Shown here one piece after another: positions 19,480 through 29,362 of a stretch of DNA of 64,000 bases. The stretch is from Nanobdellota archaeon. Its GTDB lineage: Archaea > Nanobdellota > Nanobdellia > Woesearchaeales > JBHPFW01. The stretch's first letter is position 1, and each line of letters begins with the position of its first letter. The notes under the pieces are model-generated. The model was not told where the DNA came from. It saw only the letters and a list, made by a program, of their open reading frames with translations, and did no database searches. Position numbers and translations under genes: made by a program. The DNA is taken from assembly GCA_042571645.1 (NCBI GenBank), contig JBHPFW010000002.1:3456-67455 (forward strand). Reading direction: 5' to 3'.

Positions 19480-20322
19480 ATGCTTGTAAATCTCTTTCCG
19501 CCAAAAGGATCATTAAAGAATATCATAATTAATATATTGTTGTTTTCTAGTGAGACTCCTAATAAGCTGAGTGTTGAGAACATAAGAAAACAAATTAAAA
19601 AGCATCATAATCATTCTTTTACATATCAGGGGATAAATAAGATTCTGCATGCTCTTAAAGAAGAAAAAATAATAATAAGGAATGAACAATTGTGGAGCAT
19701 TAATGAGGAATGGTCAAAAACAATAGGTACCACTCTAAGCAAATATGATAATAGAGAAAAGATACCCATTTATAATTCTGATATGAGATCAATTTCATTT
19801 TCAACAATAGGAGAAGCATTTGAGTTTATGATAGAAAATATAAAGAATGATACACTTAGAACTGAAGGAGAAAGAATTTTTATCACTCATGTTAGAAATA
19901 TTGCTTTTTTTAGTTTAGATAAGGAATATAGAGATTTCCTGAGAAGGTTTTCAAAGGATACAAAATGCTATGTTCTTGTCCAGAATAATAATTTCATCAA
20001 TAGGTTTCTTGCTAAATATTTTAAATCACTAGGGTGGAGGGTTTATCTGGACATACCACGTTCTACACCCCATACTATTACAGTATATGGAAATACATTG
20101 TATAATACTTTCTCTAATGCTGATTTAATTGATTATATGACATCTGCATATAATAAGGTAAAAAGCATAACTAATGTTAAAGCCCTGAAGGTTTATGATT
20201 CCCTCAAAGATGATCAGCGTTTTCCTATAATGTTTACTTTTGAAACAGACAATGAAGCAGTAAATCAGACAAAGGAGTTTTTACTCGATCTCGTTGAGAA
20301 AAATAAATCCAAGGCTCTTTAA
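19480..20322 (+). CDS. Putative winged-helix transcriptional regulator
   Basis: N-terminal wHTH-like segment (LSVENIRKQIKK...TYQGINKILHALKEEKII); divergent from the radical SAM genes. Confidence 0.6.
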   Translation: MLVNLFPPKGSLKNIIINILLFSSETPNKLSVENIRKQIKKHHNHSFTYQGINKILHALKEEKIIIRNEQLWSINEEWSKTIGTTLSKYDNREKIPIYNSDMRSISFSTIGEAFEFMIENIKNDTLRTEGERIFITHVRNIAFFSLDKEYRDFLRRFSKDTKCYVLVQNNNFINRFLAKYFKSLGWRVYLDIPRSTPHTITVYGNTLYNTFSNADLIDYMTSAYNKVKSITNVKALKVYDSLKDDQRFPIMFTFETDNEAVNQTKEFLLDLVEKNKSKAL

Positions 20323-20330
20323 TTTCCAAC

Positions 20331-21032
20331 TCAAATCTTAATGATCTTGCCTTTTTTGCCAACATTCAGAACTTTTGTTTTTCCGAGCTTTTCCTCAATG
20401 CCTTCTGCTTCATGGACGTGGCTGCATAATAGCAGGTCTGGCTTGAATTTCTCTACAGCTCTTTTAATGCCTGGACTTCCAGGAACAAAATCTGAGAATT
20501 TCTCCATAGTTGTTTCAGAAGGATGGACATGAGTTACCATGATCTTCTTTTTTAGATAGTTTATCTTATCATTACCTTTTTTCAATAGATCATATATCTC
20601 TTTTTCAGTCATCTTATCTAATCCAATGTTTACACCACTACAACCAAAAATTCCAACATCTGCATAATTTACAGAATAACCATGTATGTTTTTCACACCA
20701 TACATATCCGCCAAAAAATCAGCTGTTGCAATTGTGTCATGATTTCCAGGTATTAGAAGAACTTTTTTATGGTGTTTTTTGAACGGCCCAATTAAATTAT
20801 CAGCATTTTGATCCATAAAAGTTAAATCACCACAAAGAATTACTAAGTCAACATTTTCTTTTTCTGCTCTTGCAGCAAGTTTTTCTGCTAGATCAGTATC
20901 TCCGTGGATGTCTCCTGCTGCAAGAATTTTCAGTTTTTTGCCTTCATTCTCCTTCCCAAATTTCTGCTCTGCAGAAATTGGGCCCAATTGAGCTTTGCTC
21001 AATTTGGGTTTATCTTTTTTAGCAGCACTCAT
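20331..21032 (-). CDS. Calcineurin-like metallophosphoesterase
   Basis: GDIHG, CGD, PGNHD, THVHP, SHVHE. Confidence 0.92.
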   Translation of the reverse strand: MSAAKKDKPKLSKAQLGPISAEQKFGKENEGKKLKILAAGDIHGDTDLAEKLAARAEKENVDLVILCGDLTFMDQNADNLIGPFKKHHKKVLLIPGNHDTIATADFLADMYGVKNIHGYSVNYADVGIFGCSGVNIGLDKMTEKEIYDLLKKGNDKINYLKKKIMVTHVHPSETTMEKFSDFVPGSPGIKRAVEKFKPDLLLCSHVHEAEGIEEKLGKTKVLNVGKKGKIIKI

Positions 21033-21610
21033 TTTTTTGTTCTTTCCTTGATTTCCAACTCTTCTTTCTCAAGGTGAATCATTGTAGAAGGACTTCCCTG
21101 CTTTTCACCATCATCAAATATCATATCAATATTATTTTTTATATCAGCATCTAAATCCTCAATTGAGGTCATATATGCTTGGCCTGTTTTATTTACACTT
21201 GTTGTAATTATCGGCATCTCAAGATCTTTTGCTATCTTTGATGTCCAGCAATCAGGAATTCTTATACCTATGCTGTCTAAACCTAAAAGAACTTCTTCTG
21301 CAACACAACTCTTGTTTTTCAATGGGATGATAAGAGTATATGGGCCTGGCAATTTGTCAATCCATTCTTCTGCATTTTCATTGATTATGCAATTCTCAAG
21401 AATCCATTCTTTACTTGGAGCAATTACAGAAAATGGTGCTTTTGATTTGTTCTTTAGTTGTCTTATTTTATTGACTGCTCCTGAATCAAGAGCATTGCAG
21501 CCAATTCCATAGATTGTGTCTGTTGGATATATAAAAATAGCTCCTTCTTTTATGTCATAGATTACTCTTTCTTTTTTTAATTCATACTCATCTTTGGTTA
21601 GTATTTTCAT
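21029..21610 (-). CDS. sua5: L-threonylcarbamoyladenylate synthase (Sua5/YrdC)
   Basis: YPTDTIYGIGC, LPGPYT, IGIRIP, TTSVN, PST. Confidence 0.93.
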   Translation of the reverse strand: MKILTKDEYELKKERVIYDIKEGAIFIYPTDTIYGIGCNALDSGAVNKIRQLKNKSKAPFSVIAPSKEWILENCIINENAEEWIDKLPGPYTLIIPLKNKSCVAEEVLLGLDSIGIRIPDCWTSKIAKDLEMPIITTSVNKTGQAYMTSIEDLDADIKNNIDMIFDDGEKQGSPSTMIHLEKEELEIKERTKK

Positions 21611-21670
21611 TGTAGAACCAGGGAGTCTAGATTGATTTAAAAATATTGAGGTTTTGTTTTTATACTAAGC

Positions 21671-22141
21671 TTATTTAACTTTCTTCGAGAATTCTTTTAA
21701 ATCATAGTTTCCTTTGATTACTTCCTTTGTTTTCAGCTCTAGTGTAGCTAGAGGATTTTTCCCTGCTAATTCTCCCATTTCCTTGAATAATTTTTCACAA
21801 TCAGAACCGCCTTTTGTTATAAAGAATGCAACTTTCTTGAATTTATCCTTATTTTCTGTGATGTAAGTTCTGATTGGAGCAGATATAGCCCAAGCCCAGA
21901 CAGGAGTGCCAAGGATAATTAAGTCATATTTTGAAGGGTCTTTTTTTATTGGTTCTAATTTTGTTAGTTTCTTTGTACTGCCGTCTCTTCCTGCACCCAT
22001 ATATCCCAAAACACCATCTCTGTTTTTAGTATCAATAATTTCTTCAATATCTGCATTTAGGGCTTTAGAAATATCTTGAGCTAATTTCCTTGTTGTGCCT
22101 GTTCTTGAATAATATGCCACTAATATTTTCATATTTTTCAT
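21671..22141 (-). CDS. Flavodoxin-like protein
   Basis: YYSRTGTT, LGTPVW, FFIT-GG. Confidence 0.9.
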   Translation of the reverse strand: MKNMKILVAYYSRTGTTRKLAQDISKALNADIEEIIDTKNRDGVLGYMGAGRDGSTKKLTKLEPIKKDPSKYDLIILGTPVWAWAISAPIRTYITENKDKFKKVAFFITKGGSDCEKLFKEMGELAGKNPLATLELKTKEVIKGNYDLKEFSKKVK

Positions 22142-22175
22142 AAGATTTTTATATCTTTTAAAATATTTTGATCAT

Positions 22176-22676
22176 ATGGACTATTTTTCACATGGATTTT
22201 GGGCTTATATCATTTTCCACAGAATTAAGAAATGGTATTATGCAGTTTTATTTGGTTTATTGCCTGATACATTATCTTGGGGTATTTACTTGGTTTATAG
22301 TATGATAACTGGCTTTAGTGTTTTCAGACAGCCGGGCCCTCCAAGAATAGATTTAATACCTGATTGGGTATTCATGCTTTATGGGATAAGTCATAGCTTG
22401 ATAGTTTTTGGTATTGTAATTTTGTTTGTTTATCTGTTTTTGAAAAGAATTCCTGTTTATATGTATGCCTGGCCAATTGCTGTGTTGATGGACATACCAA
22501 CACACTCAAGAGAATTCCTGCCAACACCTTTTTTATGGCCAATTTCTGATTGGAAATTTCCAGGGTTTAGCTGGGGTGTGAGTTGGTTTATGATATTGAA
22601 CTATTCTTTTATATTATTCTTTTTGATTTATATCTTTGTTACTAGAAATCATTCAAAGAAAAAGTTAAAGAACTAG
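22176..22676 (+). CDS. Membrane protein, metal-dependent hydrolase-like
   Basis: SHG...GLLPD...SHSL...MDIPTH...FLWP. Confidence 0.65.
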   Translation: MDYFSHGFWAYIIFHRIKKWYYAVLFGLLPDTLSWGIYLVYSMITGFSVFRQPGPPRIDLIPDWVFMLYGISHSLIVFGIVILFVYLFLKRIPVYMYAWPIAVLMDIPTHSREFLPTPFLWPISDWKFPGFSWGVSWFMILNYSFILFFLIYIFVTRNHSKKKLKN

Positions 22677-22849
22677 GAACACAGATTCCTTAGACTCAAT
22701 TCTCTTGTTTCTTGTTGGAAATTAAATTGATCCAGAAATTCAACCCTTTCCCTGTAAGTATTCCAATCAAGGTATTTTGTTTTAGATTTTTTTCTGAATA
22801 CATTAACAATTGCTGTTATTAACAATAATTCTAATAAAACTTTAATCAC
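22673..22849 (-). CDS. Possible small protein; start uncertain
   Basis: Open frame from GTG 22849 (MIKVLLELLLITAIVNVFRKK...), third in a tandem of small ORFs; not in the ORF track. Confidence 0.35.
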   Translation of the reverse strand: MIKVLLELLLITAIVNVFRKKSKTKYLDWNTYRERVEFLDQFNFQQETRELSLRNLCS

Positions 22850-22853
22850 CTCG

Positions 22854-23012
22854 TTATGCTTCTAAATATCCTACCATGAAACCCTGCTCTATTGGAGATA
22901 TTTCATCATTTTCTTCTAATGCTTCAAGATTCTCATCATTGTAAAAGTCTATTGGATCTTGATATTCTTCTATTCCTTCATATTCTTTTAGTAGTTGTCT
23001 TATGTCTTTCAT
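22854..23012 (-). CDS. Small acidic protein (52 aa)
   Basis: MKDIRQLLKEYEGIEEYQDPIDFYNDENLEALEENDEISPIEQGFMVGYLEA; abuts the stop of the upstream ORF. Confidence 0.65.
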   Translation of the reverse strand: MKDIRQLLKEYEGIEEYQDPIDFYNDENLEALEENDEISPIEQGFMVGYLEA

Positions 23013-23132
23013 CTAAACCATGCCTCCGGAAAACTGTATATCAAATGTATCTTCCAGATGGTTTAGTGTTAATCCTTTTATTTGTCTGAAGAACAAGTCT
23101 TCAATTGTTCTGTTGGTTAAGTCTATGCTCAT
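23013..23132 (-). CDS. Small protein (39 aa)
   Basis: MSIDLTNRTIEDLFFRQIKGLTLNHLEDTFDIQFSGGMV, preceded by SD-like AGGTGA. Confidence 0.55.
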   Translation of the reverse strand: MSIDLTNRTIEDLFFRQIKGLTLNHLEDTFDIQFSGGMV

Positions 23133-23171
23133 TTTTTTCACCTTTTTTTATTTGTTATGATTAAAAAATTT

Positions 23172-23272
23172 AATAGCAGAGCAGGGTTTGGGGCAAAATG
23201 CTCTGCCAAGCTTAAAGCCATCCGGAATTTTGCAAAAGAGGTTCGGAGGTGTGGGCAGCTAAAAGCCAATAT
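23172..23272 (-). ncRNA. Candidate structured leader or small RNA
   Basis: GC-rich hairpins (GCAGAGCA/TGCTCTGC; TCCG/CGGA), repeated TGGCTTT(T/A)AGCT, TATA box at 23294-23301 upstream and a T-run downstream. Confidence 0.4.
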
Positions 23273-23309
23273 GAGTTATACTGCTGGAAGTCCTTTATAT
23301 ACCTCACTA

Positions 23310-23336
23310 CCACAAATGTCCAGTGTCCAGTGGGAA
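23310..23336 (-). promoter_or_regulatory. GGACATTT/TCCA(C/G)TGG motif upstream of a TATA box, copy 2
   Basis: Minus strand TTCCCACTGGACACTGGACATTTGTGG with a tandem CACTGGA, about 13 nt before TATATAAA. Confidence 0.55.
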
Positions 23337-23492
23337 GGTATTATGTCGAATATTAGAGAATTTGGGTGTTTTAAGAGGTTTGAGCAGTGGTCAGGGGTAT
23401 TTAAATCTCAGCCACAATGTTTATATAATATTAAAAATCTAAATCTAAAAAAAGCATTGGAGAATTAATCACTCAAAGATTTTGGATATCAG

Positions 23493-24005
23493 GTGGTTGT
23501 TAAAATGAACGTAAGCATTGAGACTCTTTCAGCTACTAAAACTCCAGATTTAGACTCTGGTGCGGCAGATGAAGTCCATCTTAAGTATGTTGCTTTTCCT
23601 TCTATAGATGACTTAGTTGACCAAGCATTAGAATATGCGTCTATCTCGGATTATGAAGGATTTAAGACTGATGATGGTCTTGCTATGTATGTTTTAGATG
23701 CAATGGAAAATAATAAAGACTGTACCTATATTAGAATGATGCAATTATTAGATTCCCCTACTAGAATGAAACAACGATTAGAGAAACAAGATGCAACTCC
23801 TGGTGAGCATGTCAAAAAAATGACTGAAACAACTGATAAAAGAATATTTTTAGAAGCTTTTTATTATCAAGTTTTGCTTGCTCTTGGTCACGATGAAGGT
23901 AAAGCCAATCATTATGGATATAAATTTATGTCTCCAACAGGAGAAAATGAAGCAAAAACATTCATTAATAGTGTAAGAGAAAAAGCTTTGTATAGAGCTA
24001 ATTAA
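23493..24005 (+). CDS. Hypothetical protein, paralog of 56048..56554
   Basis: Shared blocks PS(I/M)DDLV..AL.Y, FY.QVL..L.HD, F...VREKA. Confidence 0.75.
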   Translation: MVVKMNVSIETLSATKTPDLDSGAADEVHLKYVAFPSIDDLVDQALEYASISDYEGFKTDDGLAMYVLDAMENNKDCTYIRMMQLLDSPTRMKQRLEKQDATPGEHVKKMTETTDKRIFLEAFYYQVLLALGHDEGKANHYGYKFMSPTGENEAKTFINSVREKALYRAN

Positions 24006-24063
24006 ATTATTTTATTTTCTAATTAACATAAAATTTAAATTATAGCCAGTATTAGATTTATTT

Positions 24064-24336
24064 ATGAAACAAATCAACCTAATTATCTCAGGCCAAGTCC
24101 AAGGAGTTTGGTTTAGATCTTCTACAGTAGATGCTGCTAAAGACATTGGAGATATTACTGGTATTGTTAGGAATCTTTCTTCTGGTGAAGTTGAAGTAAT
24201 AGCAGAAGGCCCTGAAGATAAATTAGAGAAACTAATTAAGTTCTGCAAGAAAGGTCCTTCTGGTGCTAAGGTTGAAGATGTTAAAATAGAATATAAAGAA
24301 GCTACTGGTGAGTTTGAGGGTTTTAGTCAGGGTTAG
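24064..24336 (+). CDS. acyP: Acylphosphatase
   Basis: GQVQGVWFR, GIVRNL, GEVEV, GPSGAKV. Confidence 0.94.
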   Translation: MKQINLIISGQVQGVWFRSSTVDAAKDIGDITGIVRNLSSGEVEVIAEGPEDKLEKLIKFCKKGPSGAKVEDVKIEYKEATGEFEGFSQG

Positions 24337-24339
24337 AAA

Positions 24340-25569
24340 TCAATTATCCTTTCCATCCCTGTTTTGCTGCAATATATTATCAATATATTTGGAAACTACA
24401 CTTTTATCAGTAAGGTTAACATAAACCATGACCTGTTTTTCATCTACTTCTACAGCGCCAATTAATCTTTCTTCCTTTATTATATCTGTATAAAGTCTTG
24501 TTAAGAAGGGTTTGTTTCCAGCTTCTTTATCATTTATCAATGAGGTTAATGTCGCATAACCTTTTTTTTTATAATCTTCAACTTCCCCTCTTAATATTCT
24601 CTCGGCTTTTCTTACATATCCATCAACAGAAGTATCTTCTTGATATGTGGGAGTTGCTAAACTAGGAAGCTGTTTTCTGTCTGCATTTTCTGCAGAACTT
24701 TTATTTCCTGCTGCCTTGGCTTTTGCCATCTTATAAAGCTTAACATTTCCTGCATAAAATACTTCAATATATGAAGCAGGAAGCAAAGTAAGAACTTCAA
24801 TAACATCCATTTTTTTGTCAGGATCAATGAAGGAATAGGTGATGAAGTTTTTTGCTCTTTCGTGAGCACCCATATTTGCGTCAGTTATATTTCTAGTTTG
24901 TTCGTGTATATATCTTCTTAAGCTTATGCTCATGCTGTTATAATACTTTGTTATATCATTCCATGAAAGTTTTGTTACTTTGCCTTTTTCAAAATAATCC
25001 GCAACCCTGCAAGCATTATATAATCCTTTTATGTCTCTTTTAGAAACACCTCTAAAATAACTTTTTACTGCATCCTGAAATTGTTTGTATAAAAAATCAG
25101 TTCCTTTCATATTATAAAAATATATGGCAATATCTCTCGGACTTTTTGGTTTTAGGCCGTGTAAAAAAGCATCAAGATTTAAAGTTCTGCTCTGGATATA
25201 TGATTCAATTTTTTGAACATCTAACATTCTTTCTCTTTGTTTTAGCGTTACTGTCGAAGGTATAAAAACAGCGAGATCTGTAGATTCACTAATAACAATA
25301 TCATCAAGTGAATCTTGATCAGAAAAATCGATTATTAATTCAGGCTCTATCATTTGAGGAACAGCCACATCAGAAGACAGAATACTTGGCAATATATGTT
25401 CTGGAATCCCGTATCTAACAGTTGCAAGACCTGTATAAGATATGGCTCCTTTAGCAACTAGTGGAGTTAATCTTCTTTTTAGTGTTAAACTGTCTAAATC
25501 AGATACAGATAATAATTCAGCAAAAGAAATGGGCGTTATAAGATTGTTATCTTGATCCATTTTGGTCAA
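24340..25569 (-). CDS. Hypothetical protein (409 aa)
   Basis: Long ORF overlapping the upstream 706-aa ORF; no motif recognised. Confidence 0.75.
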   Translation of the reverse strand: MTKMDQDNNLITPISFAELLSVSDLDSLTLKRRLTPLVAKGAISYTGLATVRYGIPEHILPSILSSDVAVPQMIEPELIIDFSDQDSLDDIVISESTDLAVFIPSTVTLKQRERMLDVQKIESYIQSRTLNLDAFLHGLKPKSPRDIAIYFYNMKGTDFLYKQFQDAVKSYFRGVSKRDIKGLYNACRVADYFEKGKVTKLSWNDITKYYNSMSISLRRYIHEQTRNITDANMGAHERAKNFITYSFIDPDKKMDVIEVLTLLPASYIEVFYAGNVKLYKMAKAKAAGNKSSAENADRKQLPSLATPTYQEDTSVDGYVRKAERILRGEVEDYKKKGYATLTSLINDKEAGNKPFLTRLYTDIIKEERLIGAVEVDEKQVMVYVNLTDKSVVSKYIDNILQQNRDGKDN

Positions 25570-27667
25570 CTACTTCTAAAAAATTATTGGGGTGGAATAC
25601 ACTTATTAAGCTTTCTAGTTTATATGTTCTTAAAAAGTCCATTATCTCTGATTTTTTGTAAAATAGGAAACTATCGCCTGTTTTTTTCTTAATGTAGTCT
25701 ATTGTCTCGGCTCTGTTGTTAATAACTTCGTATGGATCTATTTTACCACGTTGAGTGACAGATACTGCATCTGCAAACATTCTGCAAAGAGGAGTGCCTT
25801 TTTTTACTTCTTCTTGATAATTTATTGCTTTGTTTTTTGCACCAGTAAAGGTAGTTAACTCTGTATTGAACCATTCTAACATCACCCTATATCTTTCTAC
25901 TTCTCTCATCTCTATTAATTTAGCATCATAAAGAGGGATGTCTGCTCCTTTTGCATCTTTTATCATCTGTTCAAACTCTATAATATCAGCTTCTTGATCT
26001 CTTGCTTCTTGCCCGTAAAAACCTTCACCTGCAGTCTGTTTCCTCATTTTTTTTAATTTCTTCTCGGGAAATTGTATGATGGCAGCTTGATCTTTTTTCT
26101 TTTCTTCTTCTGCTATTCTAACTTTTTTTTGCCATTCAGCTTCAAGATCCATTATGCCTAATTGAGATTTCCAATATTGAGTTGGCATAGAATCTGATAG
26201 ATTTTTACAAACTGAAATAAGTGTTTTTATAGACCCGCTTGGCAGTTCAAGTGCACGATCAATAGTGTTATCTTGTATATCTTGATAAACACTTTCTGCA
26301 TAAGGAAGAATTTCTGAAACTCTTTGAGGTCCTTCTCTTTTATCAATTGTTTCAATATAATGTCTATAAAAGAAATTGTTGGTTATTTCTTTTGATACCA
26401 CCACATCAACAACAGATGAAATGACTACTGGCTCAACAGAATCTTCTATAACTCTTTCAGAAAGATATTTGAACATTGTACTTAACAAAATTTCATTTAT
26501 TATGTCCAAATGAACAGATCTTTCACCCGGAGAAAGATATTTAATATTTATTTCTAGAGGTGTTTTTTCACTTCTTTCACTTCTTAGAAATACATTGGGT
26601 CTTTCAGGATTTCTAGTTTCTGCATATTCTCTGACTCTTTCTACATATTCTTCTTTTGTTATTGTTTTTTTCCTTATTAATTTTCCCTGAACATAAAACT
26701 TTTTCTGATCTTGATCAAAAAACTCCATTAAAGTTGCGTAGTAAGGAATCATATCAACAGGAATAATGAGTTTTTCACCCATTGTTGCATCTGCGAATTC
26801 ATCTCCAGAAGTTTCAGATTGAGAAGGATCCTCTTTTTTTTCATCCTGATCTTTTAAGTGTGCAAATACCTGCAAAAGCAAGTCTGATTTGTTTGTTCTT
26901 CTCCCCAAAGACATATTTATGCTATTCAAAGTTTTATAATGGTCAAGATAAGTCTCGCCATTTCCTCCAGGTAAAAATTCTGCAAATTTTGGGTGTATTT
27001 TTTCTGCAAATAATTCATAATATCTAAGATTTCTTGAAACTACTGTTTCATTTTTTGTTGTATCTTCTTCACCCTTACTTATAAGCCAATTATTAACTGT
27101 ACTTACATTTACAAGATTCAATTGTTCTGCTTTACAATATTTTTCAAGCATGCCATATATTATATCTCTAGCTAGAAGTCTTTCTTTTTTTGCAAAATCT
27201 ACAGGAACATCTTCTCCACTATCATCCCCTACTAAAAAATTTCTCGTTGCTATATCTTCTAAGCTTTTATAGTCAAACAAACCATCTTCATGTTTTGCTT
27301 CTTCAAAAAATCCCTTTTCTTCCAAACCAGTAAAGAACAATATTCTTTGCCAAGGAACCAGTAACCCTAAATCATTGAGATGATAAACCCTATGTGTTAA
27401 GCCTCTGTAATTTTCATTATTTGCAATTAGTATTGGTTTAAGAACATCAAGAGATGGAAGTTCCATTTCAAATAAAGATGTTTCTCCTGGCTTAATGCTT
27501 CTAACATCTGTTTCATACATACTCTCTCCAAACAATACATTAGAAGCCACATTAGCGCCTTTAGCAGGCACTTTATGAAGTTGTTCTCCTACTAAATACT
27601 CAAGCAAGAAGTAAGTTCCTGATTCTTTTTTTGGCTTTGATTTCTTTTTCTTCTTCTTTTTAGTCAT
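25547..27667 (-). CDS. Hypothetical protein (706 aa), N-terminal third possibly DrmE-like
   Basis: Long ORF; recalled resemblance only (see findings). Confidence 0.7.
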   Translation of the reverse strand: MTKKKKKKKSKPKKESGTYFLLEYLVGEQLHKVPAKGANVASNVLFGESMYETDVRSIKPGETSLFEMELPSLDVLKPILIANNENYRGLTHRVYHLNDLGLLVPWQRILFFTGLEEKGFFEEAKHEDGLFDYKSLEDIATRNFLVGDDSGEDVPVDFAKKERLLARDIIYGMLEKYCKAEQLNLVNVSTVNNWLISKGEEDTTKNETVVSRNLRYYELFAEKIHPKFAEFLPGGNGETYLDHYKTLNSINMSLGRRTNKSDLLLQVFAHLKDQDEKKEDPSQSETSGDEFADATMGEKLIIPVDMIPYYATLMEFFDQDQKKFYVQGKLIRKKTITKEEYVERVREYAETRNPERPNVFLRSERSEKTPLEINIKYLSPGERSVHLDIINEILLSTMFKYLSERVIEDSVEPVVISSVVDVVVSKEITNNFFYRHYIETIDKREGPQRVSEILPYAESVYQDIQDNTIDRALELPSGSIKTLISVCKNLSDSMPTQYWKSQLGIMDLEAEWQKKVRIAEEEKKKDQAAIIQFPEKKLKKMRKQTAGEGFYGQEARDQEADIIEFEQMIKDAKGADIPLYDAKLIEMREVERYRVMLEWFNTELTTFTGAKNKAINYQEEVKKGTPLCRMFADAVSVTQRGKIDPYEVINNRAETIDYIKKKTGDSFLFYKKSEIMDFLRTYKLESLISVFHPNNFLEVVDQNGSR

Positions 27668-27733
27668 GGGAGAGAGTTTAAGACAAAAGTTTATAAAACT
27701 TACTGTTCATACCTACTCTGGAGTTAAAACACA

Positions 27734-28807
27734 TTAGAAATCAGTCAATTTCTTAGTACTTCCGGTACTTTCTACAATTGTAGTACTTCCACCTGTTCCG
27801 CCGCTGACTTTGGTGACAGAGATGAACTTGCCTTCTGCTAATTTGGAGATTTTTCTTTGGAATGTTTTATAGCCATTTTCTCCGCCTTCTTTTTTGTAGA
27901 TGTTGAACAAATCTCCAATCTTTTGGTTAGGGTTGTTTTTGGCTATTTTCAGAATGAATTTTGTTTCTTCATCCAGGCCTTCATCTTTTTTTATATAGAA
28001 ATCATTTAGTTTTTGCAGTGCAGTATCAATATTTTTCTTCTCAACTTTTTTGCTGGCTTCATCTTCTGCTGCATTTGTTGCTTCTTTCAATAAATACAAT
28101 CCTGCTCTAATATCTTTTAATTCATAAGCTTTAGAAGCAATTATATTGAAATTTGCATCATCCCAAACTCCTGGAACAAATGCATATTCCATTCTTTGCT
28201 TTAATATTCCATGAGTTTCTTGTTTGTTATATGCTTTAAACTCAATAAGCTCTGCTGTCAACCTTGATTTTATTCTATTATCCAAATCAACAATCCAATC
28301 TTTGAAGTTAGTTATCAAGATGATAGTCTTTCTATAAATATCTTCTAGGATGAAATAAAGAAAATCAGTCTCATCCAGTTTGTCAACTTCATCAAACACT
28401 AAAACAGCGCTTTTTTTGTTTAATATATTCTTCACAATAGCCATTAATTCGTCTGTTTTTTTGTTATGTGTAAATTTATAATCCAATTCTTCGCATATCT
28501 GCACAAGAATTTTGTAAGAAGTGTTTTTCTGCCAGCAATTAATGTAAATTGGAATAATATCATCTGTTTCTTCTTCTAATTCTCTAATCAAATGTTTGCA
28601 AGCCACAGTTTTCCCAACTCCTGGCGGGCCGTGCATAAAAACATTCCTTCCATTTCTTTGAGCAAACAATGGTTTTATGCACATAGCTATTTTTCTCTGC
28701 TCATCTTCTCTGAAAGGAACTAATTTAGGAATAAAATCAAAATCTAACGGCACATGATCTCTAAAAAGAGTTTGATCTGATCCTAACATATCTTTGAACA
28801 TTGACAT
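27734..28807 (-). CDS. cdc6: Orc1/Cdc6 replication initiator
   Basis: GPPGVGKT, YINCW, VFDEVD, RIKSRL, C-terminal winged helix. Confidence 0.93.
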   Translation of the reverse strand: MSMFKDMLGSDQTLFRDHVPLDFDFIPKLVPFREDEQRKIAMCIKPLFAQRNGRNVFMHGPPGVGKTVACKHLIRELEEETDDIIPIYINCWQKNTSYKILVQICEELDYKFTHNKKTDELMAIVKNILNKKSAVLVFDEVDKLDETDFLYFILEDIYRKTIILITNFKDWIVDLDNRIKSRLTAELIEFKAYNKQETHGILKQRMEYAFVPGVWDDANFNIIASKAYELKDIRAGLYLLKEATNAAEDEASKKVEKKNIDTALQKLNDFYIKKDEGLDEETKFILKIAKNNPNQKIGDLFNIYKKEGGENGYKTFQRKISKLAEGKFISVTKVSGGTGGSTTIVESTGSTKKLTDF

Positions 28808-28810
28808 TTT

Positions 28811-29131
28811 CTAGTATTCTCTTTTTTTTAATTGTTTTCCGCATCCAGGACAATACCTATATAATCCGTGCAAAGGGAAATAACATGTTGGGCATCTGCT
28901 TGGATACTTTCTTTTAGCAGGCTGTTGTTTTTTGCCTTGTTTTGATTTTTCAGGTCTTTGATATTCTTTAGGTTTGAATATGGTTAGTTTTAATGCACCA
29001 TAACCAATAAGCAGCAAAGCTACATAGTAAAACACTCTCATTGATTCTCTTAAATATGATATTGAACCAACAACCATCCCTATAACGATAAAGACCCATC
29101 CAGATATAGTGCTTCTTTTAGCCATTTCCAC
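28811..29131 (-). CDS. Small membrane protein with a C-terminal zinc ribbon
   Basis: Two TM helices, then CPTC...CPGC. Confidence 0.75.
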   Translation of the reverse strand: MEMAKRSTISGWVFIVIGMVVGSISYLRESMRVFYYVALLLIGYGALKLTIFKPKEYQRPEKSKQGKKQQPAKRKYPSRCPTCYFPLHGLYRYCPGCGKQLKKREY

Positions 29132-29193
29132 ACCTCTTTCAACACCCCTAGAAAGCTGTTAGAAGGGCTGATTTTTAATGTTTTTGGAATTAA

Positions 29194-29329
29194 AGTATGT
29201 GAATAGCATCTTCAAAACTCTGCCTTCTGGCATTCCAAGGCCCTACGTTCCCGTAGGGAGCAACCCCTCGTTACGGTCTTGATTCTAAACTTACAAGGAG
29301 TTTTGACCTTATGATGCAATGCACATACT
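29194..29329. repeat. Structured intergenic element, family B, copy 1
   Basis: AGTATGTG..GCATCTTCAAAACTC ... GAGTTTTGACCTTATGATGC..CACATACT long stem; homolog at 50972. Confidence 0.88.
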
Positions 29330-29362
29330 AATTAGAATTAAAAAGCAAGATTTGGGATAAAC

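Noticed and set aside
23157-23468. 103-aa plus-strand ORF in the ORF track
   Set aside because: Atypical composition, and it covers a minus-strand promoter, the upstream motif and hairpins; better explained as non-coding.
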